64,000 nucleotides of DNA from Minisyncoccota bacterium. Lineage in GTDB: Bacteria > Patescibacteriota > Minisyncoccia > UBA6257 > HR35. The stretch spans positions 10,836 to 74,835 of the forward strand of contig JAVVGJ010000002.1 in the NCBI GenBank assembly GCA_032249155.1. The letters run 5' to 3'. The notes below the pieces were generated by a model. It made no database searches. It was not told the DNA's origin and saw nothing but the letters and a program-made list of their open reading frames with translations. Of this stretch, positions 49,790 through 58,933 are shown one piece after another. Positions within the stretch are counted from its first letter, which is position 1, and each line of letters starts with the position of its first letter. Position numbers and translations under genes: made by a program.

Positions 49790-52700
49790 TTAATTAGCTG
49801 TTCCTTGAGGTTCAGTTTTTTGAACTTCGACTTTTTGATAAGTAGGAGGAATTTCTTCTGGTTTTTCTCGGTAACGAATTTCAATATTTAAACCTAAACC
49901 TCGAAGTTCATTAATCAGAACTAAAAAGACATGAGGAAAAGAGGAATAAGAAATATCTTCTCCTCTAATAATACTTTGATAAGCAATATTTCTTCCTTTA
50001 ACATCATCAGATTTTATTGTTAAAACCTCGTGTAAAATCTCAGTAGCTCCATGAGCTTCGATAGCCCACATTTCCATTTCACCAATTCTTTGACCTCCAA
50101 ATCTTGATTTACCACCTGGAGGTTGTTGAGTAATAAGAGAATAAGGACCAATTGAACGAGCATGAATTTTATCTTCAACCATGTGAACAAGTTTCATAAT
50201 TGTCATATAACCAACTAAAACTTTTTGAGGGAATTTTTCTCCTGTAAGGCCATCATAAAGATCAACTTTACCATCTGGAGGCAATCCTGCTTTTTTAAGC
50301 TCTTCGGCTATTTCTTCAATTGTTACTCCAGAAAATGGAGGAACAACAGCATGATAACCTAAATTTTTAGCAGCCAGGCCAAGGAGCGCTTCTAAAATTT
50401 GTCCTAAATTCATTCTGGAAATAACTCCTACAGGATTTAAAATAATATCAAGCCTTCTTCCATCTTGTAAAAAGGGCATATCTTCTTCTTTAGCGATTAA
50501 AGAAATAATTCCTTTATTTCCATGTCTATTAGCTAACTTATCACCAACTTGAATTTTTCTAAGTTTAGCTATCTTTACAAAAATTCTTTTAATCACACCT
50601 ATTTCAGAAATCTCTCCTTTGCTTCTTTCTAAAACTCTAACTCCTATTACCCTTCCAGATCTTCCTGGTTCAAGATAGAGAGAAGTATCTTTAACTTCTT
50701 GTACCTTTTCTCCAAAAATAGCTCTCAGAAGTTTTTCTTCTGGTGTAACTTCTTCAGTTTGTTTAGGTGTAATTTTACCAACTAAAATATCACCAGCTTT
50801 AACGTATGTTCCTATCCTTACTATTCCGTCAATATCTAAATTAGCTAATTTTTCTACAGGAACTCCTGGAATATCATTAGTAGTCATTTCTGGACCAAGT
50901 TTTGTATCCACAACATCAGTAAAGAATTCTTCAATATAAACAGAGCTAAAAATATCATCCTTTAAAAGTCTTTCTGAAATAATAATAGCATCTTCAAAAT
51001 TGTATCCTCTCCAAGGAAGAAAGCCCACTAAAAGATTCTGACCTAAAGCTAAATGTCCATCTTTAATTCCTGGGCCATCTGTTAAAACATCTCCTTTTTT
51101 AACTTTGTCTCCAGGTTTAACGATAGGTTTTTGATTATAACATGTATATTTCGAAGTCATCTCAAATTTTTTAAGATGATAGGTTACTTTTTTTCCATCT
51201 TTTGTTTCAATAGTTATATGATCGGCATCAACACTAGTTACAGTACCATCAACATCAGAGATTATGATTCTTCCTGATTCAAGAGCAGCTTTCTTTTCAA
51301 GTCCTGTCATTACTAAAGGAATTTCTGGCTTTACCAAAGGTACAGCTTGTCTTTGCATATTTGTCCCCATCTGAAGTCTATTAGCATCATTATGATTGCC
51401 AAAAGGAATAAGTGATGTTGAAAGAGAAAAAATTTGGAACGGAGAAACATCAATTAAAGTAACCTCGCTTTTATGAACTATAGTAGCTTCACCTTTTACT
51501 CTTGCTTCTACATATTCATCTAAAATATTTCCTTTGTCATCAATTCTTACATTTCTTGAAGCAATAATTTCATTAAGTTCTTGATCATAAGTAAGCCACA
51601 GAGTTTCATCAGTAACTTTTCCATTTTTTACTCTTAAATATGGAGTTTCTAAAAATCCTAAAGAATTTCTTCGAGAATAAAGAGCTTTATTAAGTTTTAT
51701 ACCAACTGCTTGACCTTCGTGAGGCGTTTGAATAGGACAAATTCTTCCATAATGAGAAGGATGAACGTCTCTTACTTCTAAAGAAGCTCTTTCTTTAGAA
51801 ACTCCGCCTGGTCCTGAAGCTGTAATTACTCTTTTATTTTCTATTTCTGAAAGAGGTGAGGTTTGATCTAAAATTTGTGAAAGTCTTGAAGTATTAAAGA
51901 ATTCTAAAATAGTGTTAGAAAACTTTCTTGGATGAATAATTTGAGATGGCGTAAGTTCTTCTAATTTGCTTACAGAACTCATTTTATCTTGAATGTCTCT
52001 TTTAAGTCTTGAAAGTGCTATTCTTACCTGATTTTCCAAAAGCTCTCCTAAGTCTCTTATTCTTCTGTTGTATAAAGCATCAACATCATCTCTCACTCCT
52101 AAAGGATCGTTTTCTAATCTTAAGATTTCTTTTACAACACTAAGAAGATCATCTTTTTCTAAAACTAATGAATCTGAATTTCTATTAAGTCTTCTGTTAA
52201 GATGAAATCTTCCTACTCTTGAAAGGTTATATCTTTGAGGATTCAAAAATGTTGATTCAAAATAATAAAGGGCATTATCATAAGTATTTGGTTCAATAGG
52301 CTTCATTTTCCTATGAATTTCTAAAAGAGCTTCTTCTCTATTTTCTGTCTTATCTTTTTTCAAAGTAGTAGTTAAAATAGGATTTTCAGGATTTTCGTAT
52401 TCTTTTAATAATTCGAAAATTTCTTCATTAGTTTCAAAACCAAAAGCTTTTAAAAGTATAGAGAAAAGAAATTTCTTTCTTTTATCTACTCTTACCTGAA
52501 GCAAATTAGTGGCTTCAACTTGAAATTCGAGCCATGCTCCTTGTTGCGGAATTATTTTAGCTCCCCATCTTTTCTTTTCACCATAGAGAATAAAATCAAA
52601 ATAAATACCAGGAGAGCGCAAAAGTTGATTAACGATAACTCTTTCATGACCATTAATAATAAAAGAACCTCGAGGAGTAAGTAAAGGAAGATCTCCAAAA

Positions 52701-53008
52701 TAAATTTTTTGTGTTTTTTCCTCTTTGGTCAAAAGGTTAGTAAGTTTAAGCGTCACTCTAAGTGGAGCATCATAATTAACTCCATAATATTTTGCTTCTT
52801 CTTCAGTAATTCGAGGTTCTCCTATTTCTAAATCAACAAAATCAAGTTTTAATTCTTTTTCAGAATAATCAAAAATAGGGAAAAATTCTTTAAAGGCTCT
52901 TTTAATATCTTCCTTTAAAAATCTTTCAAAAGAATCACGAATATCAGACAAAAGGTGGGGCGGCTCTAAATAAGAGTATTTTGAAAAATTTTTAACGCGA
53001 AACATCAA
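49790..53008 (-). CDS. rpoB: RNA polymerase beta subunit
   Basis: RDVHPSHYGRICP, GDKLANRHGNKG, HARSIGPYSLITQQP, GGQRIGEME. Confidence 0.98.
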   Translation of the reverse strand: MMFRVKNFSKYSYLEPPHLLSDIRDSFERFLKEDIKRAFKEFFPIFDYSEKELKLDFVDLEIGEPRITEEEAKYYGVNYDAPLRVTLKLTNLLTKEEKTQKIYFGDLPLLTPRGSFIINGHERVIVNQLLRSPGIYFDFILYGEKKRWGAKIIPQQGAWLEFQVEATNLLQVRVDKRKKFLFSILLKAFGFETNEEIFELLKEYENPENPILTTTLKKDKTENREEALLEIHRKMKPIEPNTYDNALYYFESTFLNPQRYNLSRVGRFHLNRRLNRNSDSLVLEKDDLLSVVKEILRLENDPLGVRDDVDALYNRRIRDLGELLENQVRIALSRLKRDIQDKMSSVSKLEELTPSQIIHPRKFSNTILEFFNTSRLSQILDQTSPLSEIENKRVITASGPGGVSKERASLEVRDVHPSHYGRICPIQTPHEGQAVGIKLNKALYSRRNSLGFLETPYLRVKNGKVTDETLWLTYDQELNEIIASRNVRIDDKGNILDEYVEARVKGEATIVHKSEVTLIDVSPFQIFSLSTSLIPFGNHNDANRLQMGTNMQRQAVPLVKPEIPLVMTGLEKKAALESGRIIISDVDGTVTSVDADHITIETKDGKKVTYHLKKFEMTSKYTCYNQKPIVKPGDKVKKGDVLTDGPGIKDGHLALGQNLLVGFLPWRGYNFEDAIIISERLLKDDIFSSVYIEEFFTDVVDTKLGPEMTTNDIPGVPVEKLANLDIDGIVRIGTYVKAGDILVGKITPKQTEEVTPEEKLLRAIFGEKVQEVKDTSLYLEPGRSGRVIGVRVLERSKGEISEIGVIKRIFVKIAKLRKIQVGDKLANRHGNKGIISLIAKEEDMPFLQDGRRLDIILNPVGVISRMNLGQILEALLGLAAKNLGYHAVVPPFSGVTIEEIAEELKKAGLPPDGKVDLYDGLTGEKFPQKVLVGYMTIMKLVHMVEDKIHARSIGPYSLITQQPPGGKSRFGGQRIGEMEMWAIEAHGATEILHEVLTIKSDDVKGRNIAYQSIIRGEDISYSSFPHVFLVLINELRGLGLNIEIRYREKPEEIPPTYQKVEVQKTEPQGTAN

Positions 53009-53084
53009 AAAAGAGGTTTAGGTACCCTCCCTAAATTTAGTTTTATAAGTTTAATCTTTAATCATTTAAAACAAACCCTATTTA

Positions 53085-53114
53085 ATTTTACTACAAAAAT
53101 TTTAAGCTTGTCAA
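53085..53114 (-). promoter_or_regulatory. Putative rpoBC promoter
   Basis: TTGACA-18 nt-TAAAAT. Confidence 0.55.
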
Positions 53115-53121
53115 GTTTTAG

Positions 53122-54351
53122 TTATTTAGCGCTGCTATATAAAACTTTAATTTCTAGATCAGATAAAGCTCGGCTATAAATTCTTATTTCATCTAAAACT
53201 CCTTTAAAATATGCATTACCACTTGCTTGCCAACCTAAATAACCAATATAAAGAGGATTTGGTGCTGGACCCATAGAATAAGGATAAGATGGTAAACATT
53301 GACGAGTTAAAATTCCGTTTCGATATACTTTTAGAAAAGAACCTTTTTTAAACGTACCAGCAACAAATTGCCATTCATTTAAAGAAAGTGGTGAACCTCC
53401 ATAACAAGGAGAATATCTCCATTGAGTGTCATAAAGATGATAAATTTCCAATCCATAATTAGAAGGGTTTTGGTCAAAAAGGTATCCTGGGGTTTGATGT
53501 CTAATGATATGTGTATCGCCGTTAAAAGCAGTAGGATATGTCCAAAAGATAATAGACACTGCTTCTCCGTTGGTATCTAGGTTATTTGAATCGGGTACTA
53601 TTACATAATCATCTACACCATCAAAGATGAGTCCCCAACCGCTTTTTCCTTTTACCCATCCTGAAGAAGAATTAAAATTAAAGTTATATAAAGTGCCGTT
53701 GCTGTTATAACCGCTAAGATCGTAAGTTATTGTTCCTGTACCTTCCTCAAAAGGAAGATAAATAACTAAACCTGATTGGGGATTAGGGATTTTTAAGTCG
53801 CTGCCAATTTCATAAAGAAGAGGCTCTATGCCCCCATCATTTACCATCATTAAAGCAAAATTTTCTGACTCCATTCTAGCTGTTATTTTATATTTATTTC
53901 CTTTTTTTGTATAAGCATAAAAATAATCACTATTATTTAATGGGTCGATAGGTAAAGAAGAAATTCCTAAAAGAAGGTTAGAGAAATTAAGAGGAAGCCA
54001 ACCTTGTCCGTTTATTTTTCTAAAGTCATTTGAATTAACGCATCTATAAGAAAAAGGAGTATAAAGAGGAGGGAGTTTTGAAAGGTAAGAAGAACAGTTA
54101 GAACTGGTATCAGGCAAAGAAATGTAAATTATGTTTTCTTCACCTAAAAAAACATCTGGATTTTGATTTATTAAAATCTGAATAGCTGAATTTAAAGCTT
54201 GAAGATCATTAATTCTTTTTGAATCTCTGGCTCTTTTAATAAAGTCTAAAGAATTAAAAGCAAAAAATAAAATAGCCGAGAGAACGCCTATTAAAAAAAT
54301 CACTATTAAAATTTCAAAAATTGTAAATCCTTTTTTATTTGAACGTTCCAT
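53122..54351 (-). CDS. Type IV pilin fused to a LamG/concanavalin-like domain
   Basis: KKG-FTIFE, RARDSKRINDL, LPIDP; FDGVDDYV, WQFVAGT, FKGVLDEIRIYSRALS. Confidence 0.88.
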   Translation of the reverse strand: MERSNKKGFTIFEILIVIFLIGVLSAILFFAFNSLDFIKRARDSKRINDLQALNSAIQILINQNPDVFLGEENIIYISLPDTSSNCSSYLSKLPPLYTPFSYRCVNSNDFRKINGQGWLPLNFSNLLLGISSLPIDPLNNSDYFYAYTKKGNKYKITARMESENFALMMVNDGGIEPLLYEIGSDLKIPNPQSGLVIYLPFEEGTGTITYDLSGYNSNGTLYNFNFNSSSGWVKGKSGWGLIFDGVDDYVIVPDSNNLDTNGEAVSIIFWTYPTAFNGDTHIIRHQTPGYLFDQNPSNYGLEIYHLYDTQWRYSPCYGGSPLSLNEWQFVAGTFKKGSFLKVYRNGILTRQCLPSYPYSMGPAPNPLYIGYLGWQASGNAYFKGVLDEIRIYSRALSDLEIKVLYSSAK

Positions 54352-55453
54352 GTAAAATACCTAAAGCGAAAACTAAGGAAATAAAAATTATCAAAGCTTT
54401 GTTAAATTTAAAGTATTTTTTTTCTTTGAGTTTTAAATAAATAAGAGTTAAAACAAGAAAGTTAAAACCTAAAAAGATTTCACTAATTATGCTAATTATT
54501 TTCACTAAAGAATCGGAAGAGATAAAAAGAAGAAAAAGGATAGAAAAAATTAAGATAAGGTTTGCTTTAGTTTGAGAAAAATTATAATCAAAAATAAGGC
54601 CTCTTTTAAGATAAAAAGCTAAGTCAACGAGCATAATATTAAAAGTAACTAAAATAAGGATAGCTAAAAATAAAGGGAGAGGCAAAAATGGTTTTAAAGA
54701 TTCAAGAGATGTCTCGGAAACGTTAAGACCTAAAAAACCTAAAACCGAAAGAGCATAAAAAAGATAAATTAAGCTTACTAATACAAGAGAAATTAAATTA
54801 ACCTTTACAAATTTTTCTTTGTTTCTTCCAAGAACATCTAAAGCTAAAGGAACTGCCGATGTCCCTGAAAAAGCAAAAAGCAAAACTCCGTAAGGAAGAA
54901 AAAAATCTTTACTGCCTTGAAAAATTAAATAAAAATTTGAAAAATTAACTTGAAAAGTAAGCCAAAGAGAGATGAAAACAAAAAAGATAATAATACTCAA
55001 ACCCAAAAGAGTTTCAAATTTTGCAAAAATTTTAAGATTTCTGGAAATAAAGTAGATATTAAAAAGAGCAAAAATAAGTTTAGCTAAAAATGTATATTCT
55101 CCTAAAACTACCGACCAAAACCTTTCAAAAGCTAAAAGGTAAATTAAAAAAACTCCCAAGGTTCCAAAAAAATCAAAAACCCAAACAAGATGTTTTAGAT
55201 CTTTATGAAGATAGATTCCAGCAAGTCCTGGAAGATTATGAGTTTCTTTAGTTTGAAAAATTATTTCTGCAAAAATAAGATGAAGGATAAAAAAGCTAAA
55301 GAGCCAGAAAAGAAACCAAAAGATAAACCAAAGACCTCCTTTCAAAAAAGTATATGGTAAAACAAAAACACCTAAACCAATAATCGTGCTTAAAAAAATA
55401 AAAATCGCTTCTATCTCTTTAGTTATTTTCATTTCTTTTGATAAATTCTTCAA
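54335..55453 (-). CDS. Amino acid permease (aromatic/APC-type)
   Basis: STIIGLGVFVLPY, LPYGVLLFAFSG; about 11 TM segments. Confidence 0.8.
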   Translation of the reverse strand: MKNLSKEMKITKEIEAIFIFLSTIIGLGVFVLPYTFLKGGLWFIFWFLFWLFSFFILHLIFAEIIFQTKETHNLPGLAGIYLHKDLKHLVWVFDFFGTLGVFLIYLLAFERFWSVVLGEYTFLAKLIFALFNIYFISRNLKIFAKFETLLGLSIIIFFVFISLWLTFQVNFSNFYLIFQGSKDFFLPYGVLLFAFSGTSAVPLALDVLGRNKEKFVKVNLISLVLVSLIYLFYALSVLGFLGLNVSETSLESLKPFLPLPLFLAILILVTFNIMLVDLAFYLKRGLIFDYNFSQTKANLILIFSILFLLFISSDSLVKIISIISEIFLGFNFLVLTLIYLKLKEKKYFKFNKALIIFISLVFALGILHGTFK

Positions 55454-55862
55454 TATAGTGCCACAAAGTTAAAATTATTACAGTAATAATTGTTGTTAAA
55501 AAAGCTTCAAAATAAAAACCTAAACCGACAGCACCACCTATAGCTGCCGTCACCCATAAAGCTGCGGCAGTAGTTAGTCCTAAAATTTTTTCCTCTTTAA
55601 GAAAAATAAGCCCTGCTCCTAAAAATCCTATTCCTACAACTAAGTTAGCTAAAACCCTCGAAGTACTAGTTGGATCCATAAAAGAGAATTTGTAACCAAG
55701 ATAACTAAAAAGACAAGCTCCTAAAGCCACTAAAGAAAAAGTTCTTAAACCGGCTTGTTTTCTAAAAAAACTCCTTTCAGCTCCAATAATTCCTCCTAAA
55801 ATTGATGCTAAAAAAAATTTGTAAATTATTTCTAAAAGTGACATTTTACATTTTTTCTTCAA
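55419..55862 (-). CDS. MgtC/SapB family membrane protein
   Basis: IGAER, AGLRT, GIGFLGAG, GLTTAAALW. Confidence 0.92.
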   Translation of the reverse strand: MKKKCKMSLLEIIYKFFLASILGGIIGAERSFFRKQAGLRTFSLVALGACLFSYLGYKFSFMDPTSTSRVLANLVVGIGFLGAGLIFLKEEKILGLTTAAALWVTAAIGGAVGLGFYFEAFLTTIITVIILTLWHYIEEFIKRNENN

Positions 55863-56415
55863 TTTCTATTTTAACAATTTCTAAAAGTTTTTCTACTAAA
55901 ATTTTTGGATCTTTTTCCCAAACTATCTTACCAGGACCTCTTTTTGCTTTTTCAACAATCTCCATAAAATATTCTTCTGTTCCTCCAGAACCAACCAAAA
56001 CCCCCATTGGTTTTTCTTCTTCAAAAGCAATTGTAAATTCATTAAGAGTACCTATTCTTCCACAAATAAAAATTACACCATCCCCCATTTTAGTTAATAA
56101 AAGATTTCTTCCGCTATAGCCTTCACCAGTATACAAAATAGTATGATGATAATCTGTGGGAAGTTTATAAACTTTAACATGTTCTTTATAACTTCTTGCT
56201 GGAGAAAGACCGATAACAATACCGCCATTTTCATAAGCTCCTTTTGCTGCCCACAAAGGAGTACCAGTGGTTGCTCCGGTAAGCATTACTAACTTATGAA
56301 GAGCAATTTCTTTACCAACTTCATAAGCTAATTCATGGACATTTTCTCTACATGGTTTAGTAACTGCTGCTCCAGAAATAACTATTTTTATATTAGAAAA
56401 AAATGGCTCAATCAT
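55846..56415 (-). CDS. LOG/SLOG family protein
   Basis: TGATTG, GAYENGG, GRN, GRIGTLNEF. Confidence 0.82.
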   Translation of the reverse strand: MIEPFFSNIKIVISGAAVTKPCRENVHELAYEVGKEIALHKLVMLTGATTGTPLWAAKGAYENGGIVIGLSPARSYKEHVKVYKLPTDYHHTILYTGEGYSGRNLLLTKMGDGVIFICGRIGTLNEFTIAFEEEKPMGVLVGSGGTEEYFMEIVEKAKRGPGKIVWEKDPKILVEKLLEIVKIEIEEKM

Positions 56416-56588
56416 TTATGTGTTTTAGCATATTTTAAGACTAATTTATCTTCTTTTACTTTTTTCTTCTTTCTTAAAATTTCTAAAACGCTTTTTTTAA
56501 CAAAGTTATGTCCAATACCGGCAATCTTTCTAATAATTTTCCCTTTCTTAGTAATTTTAAATCTTTTTAAAAATGTTTTGCGATTCAT
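56412..56588 (-). CDS. rpmI: 50S ribosomal protein L35
   Basis: Not in ORF track; MNRKTFLKRFKITKKGKIIR..G.GHNFVKK; directly follows infC. Confidence 0.88.
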   Translation of the reverse strand: MNRKTFLKRFKITKKGKIIRKIAGIGHNFVKKSVLEILRKKKKVKEDKLVLKYAKTHK

Positions 56589-57097
56589 TTTTGTCTTGAA
56601 ATGATAATAACAAGTAAATTAGAAAATTTTTTAAGAGGCGAAGCGACCTTATATTTTTCCTTAAGAAGACCTAAAAATTCTTCTAATTTTTTCTCAGCTA
56701 AATCAACAAAAAGTCTTTCTCTTGATTTCAAAATCATTTTAATTTGAACCTGGTGTCCTTCTCTTAAAAATTCGTCTATTTGGTTTGCTTTTCTTTGAAG
56801 ATCGTGAAGAGCTTCATTAAACCCTATTCTTATTTCTTTAGTCTCTTTAGGCTTTTTTTTAATTTCTTTCTCTTTCTTTTTCTTTTTATAATACCATTCT
56901 TTATAATCACCAAGTCTTACTACAGGAGGCGAAGCGTTCGGGCTTACTAAAATTAAGTCCTCATTTCTTTCTTCAGAAATCTTTTTAGCTTCTTCAAAAG
57001 AAAAAATACCCATCTGTCTGCCATCACTTCCTATGAGTCTCACTTCTTTTGGATTTATTTTTAAAAGCTCAGGATCTATCAGTTTTTTTAAGAAAAT
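56585..57097 (-). CDS. infC: Translation initiation factor IF-3 (probable non-canonical start)
   Basis: EVRLIG, DLILVSPNASPPVVRL, KEIRI, HDL..K; frame open upstream of the GTG to ATT 57097, CTG 57082 and ATA 57079. Confidence 0.9.
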   Translation of the reverse strand: MFLKKLIDPELLKINPKEVRLIGSDGRQMGIFSFEEAKKISEERNEDLILVSPNASPPVVRLGDYKEWYYKKKKKEKEIKKKPKETKEIRIGFNEALHDLQRKANQIDEFLREGHQVQIKMILKSRERLFVDLAEKKLEEFLGLLKEKYKVASPLKKFSNLLVIIISRQK

Positions 57098-57155
57098 AAA
57101 AAATTAAGACTTCCTATATTTTATTATACGATGCTTCTTGATAAAATTATACTAT

Positions 57156-58184
57156 ATGTATATACTCGGCGTTGAATCAACTTGCGACGAAAGTGGCATT
57201 GCTTTGATTGAAGCTGAAAAAGAAAGAGTGAAGGTTTTAGCTAATGAGTTAAGAAGTCAAATAAAAATTCATACTCCTTATGGAGGCGTTGTACCTATTT
57301 TAGCTGCAAGGGAACATAAAAAAAATTTACCTTATCTTTTAAAAATTATTGAAAAAAAATTTGATCTTAAAAAAGTTGACTATTTAGCTTTTTCCGTAGG
57401 CCCTGGACTTTTACCTGCTTTGGTTGAAGGTAAAGAATTTGTTTTTAATTTAGCTAAAAAACTTAACAAAAAAATAATTCCTGTAGATCATCTTTATGCT
57501 CATTTTGCTTCTGTTTTGATTAAAAATAAATTTAATGTTTGGCAAAAAATAAGAAAAATAAATTTTCCTATTTTAGTCTTAGTCGTTTCTGGAGGACATA
57601 CTAATCTTTATCTTTTTGAAAGTTTTACTAAATTCAAAAAATTAGGACAAACTCTTGACGATGCTGCTGGTGAAACTTTGGATAAAGGTGCTAGAGCTTT
57701 AAACTTAGGTTATCCTGGTGGTCCTATCATTGAAGAAAAAGCAAAAAAAGCAAAAAACATCTATCTTTTACCAAAACCTCTTTTAGAAAAAGGTCTTAAT
57801 TTCAGTTTTTCAGGCCTTAAAACAGCTTTTAATGAACTTATCAAAGAAATAAAAGAAGCTAGTGGCAGTTTAAGCGAAGAAGAGATTTGCAATCTTTCTG
57901 CTTCTCTTCAAAAAACTATTTTTGAAATCCTTATCTATAAGTTAAATAAAGCAAAACAAATTTATAGACCTAAAGAAATTATTATTACCGGCGGAGTTTC
58001 TGCTAATATGACTTTAAGAAAAATGGCAAAAAAATTCTTTAGAAATATAAGAGTTATTTTCCCAGAAAGATTACTTTCTACAGATAATGGTCTTAATATT
58101 GCTATAGGAGGTTATATTCTTTTAAAAGAAAAATCTTTATACCTAGATCCAGAAAAAATCGAAGTTTATCCAAGAAGAGTTTAA
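57156..58184 (+). CDS. tsaD: tRNA t6A synthase TsaD
   Basis: LGVESTCDE, YGGVVP, GPGL, VSGGHT, DDAAGE, FSFSGLKT, GGVSAN, TDNG. Confidence 0.95.
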   Translation: MYILGVESTCDESGIALIEAEKERVKVLANELRSQIKIHTPYGGVVPILAAREHKKNLPYLLKIIEKKFDLKKVDYLAFSVGPGLLPALVEGKEFVFNLAKKLNKKIIPVDHLYAHFASVLIKNKFNVWQKIRKINFPILVLVVSGGHTNLYLFESFTKFKKLGQTLDDAAGETLDKGARALNLGYPGGPIIEEKAKKAKNIYLLPKPLLEKGLNFSFSGLKTAFNELIKEIKEASGSLSEEEICNLSASLQKTIFEILIYKLNKAKQIYRPKEIIITGGVSANMTLRKMAKKFFRNIRVIFPERLLSTDNGLNIAIGGYILLKEKSLYLDPEKIEVYPRRV

Positions 58185-58232
58185 TGTTAAAATATTAATT
58201 GAAAGTCGCCCTTTATCTATTTTTATATTAAA

Positions 58233-58604
58233 ATGAGACTTAAGAAATTTGACGTTATTTTAAAATCTTTTCTAAAATTAAATCCCAAAAGAATTTTTAT
58301 TTATCTTATAAATAGAAGGGGCAGCGAGTATTTGGTTTTTGAAAATAATAATACTTTTTCTTTTGTAGGCGGTTTATGGAGAAAAAATGAAAGCTTGATC
58401 GAATCTTTAAGAAAAATAGCTTTAATTAACCATTCTCTTTTTGTTAAGAAAATAAATGATGTTGAAAAGGTTAAATTTTCAAACGGAGATCTTTATTTGT
58501 TTTTAAGAGGAGAAATTGATGAAAAAACTTTAGACAAAAAATTAATCTATAAAAATATTGATAATGAGAATGTAAGCGAAGAAATAAAAATATTTTTAAG
58601 TTAA
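58233..58604 (+). CDS. Hypothetical protein, possible degenerate NUDIX fold
   Basis: YLVF...FSFVGG....ESLIESLRK resembles the start of a Nudix box. Confidence 0.5.
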   Translation: MRLKKFDVILKSFLKLNPKRIFIYLINRRGSEYLVFENNNTFSFVGGLWRKNESLIESLRKIALINHSLFVKKINDVEKVKFSNGDLYLFLRGEIDEKTLDKKLIYKNIDNENVSEEIKIFLS

Positions 58605-58933
58605 AATTTTTCAGCGCATTTTCTGCAATAAATAGTAGCGGGATCAAGAAGAATTCTCCCTTCTTCTATAACTCCTCCACATCTTTCGCATTTTCCGTAA
58701 GTACCTTCATTAATCTTAGTTAAAGCTCTTTCTAAAACCTCCAATCTTTTTTCTAAAGCTTCAATTTGAAGATGTAAATCTTCTCTAGCTTCATACTTGT
58801 TGGCTAAATCACTTGTTTCATAAACATCTTCTTTTAAAACTCCTTCTTCTTCCTTTTTAAGAGTTTCTAACATAAGCAAAACTTCTTCTTTTTCTTTAAG
58901 CAATTTGTTTTTTATTTCCTCTAAATTTATCAT
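58601..58933 (-). CDS. DksA/TraR family C4 zinc-finger protein
   Basis: Coiled coil; ALTKINEGTYGKCERCG..I...R....P....CRKC. Confidence 0.9.
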   Translation of the reverse strand: MINLEEIKNKLLKEKEEVLLMLETLKKEEEGVLKEDVYETSDLANKYEAREDLHLQIEALEKRLEVLERALTKINEGTYGKCERCGGVIEEGRILLDPATIYCRKCAEKF

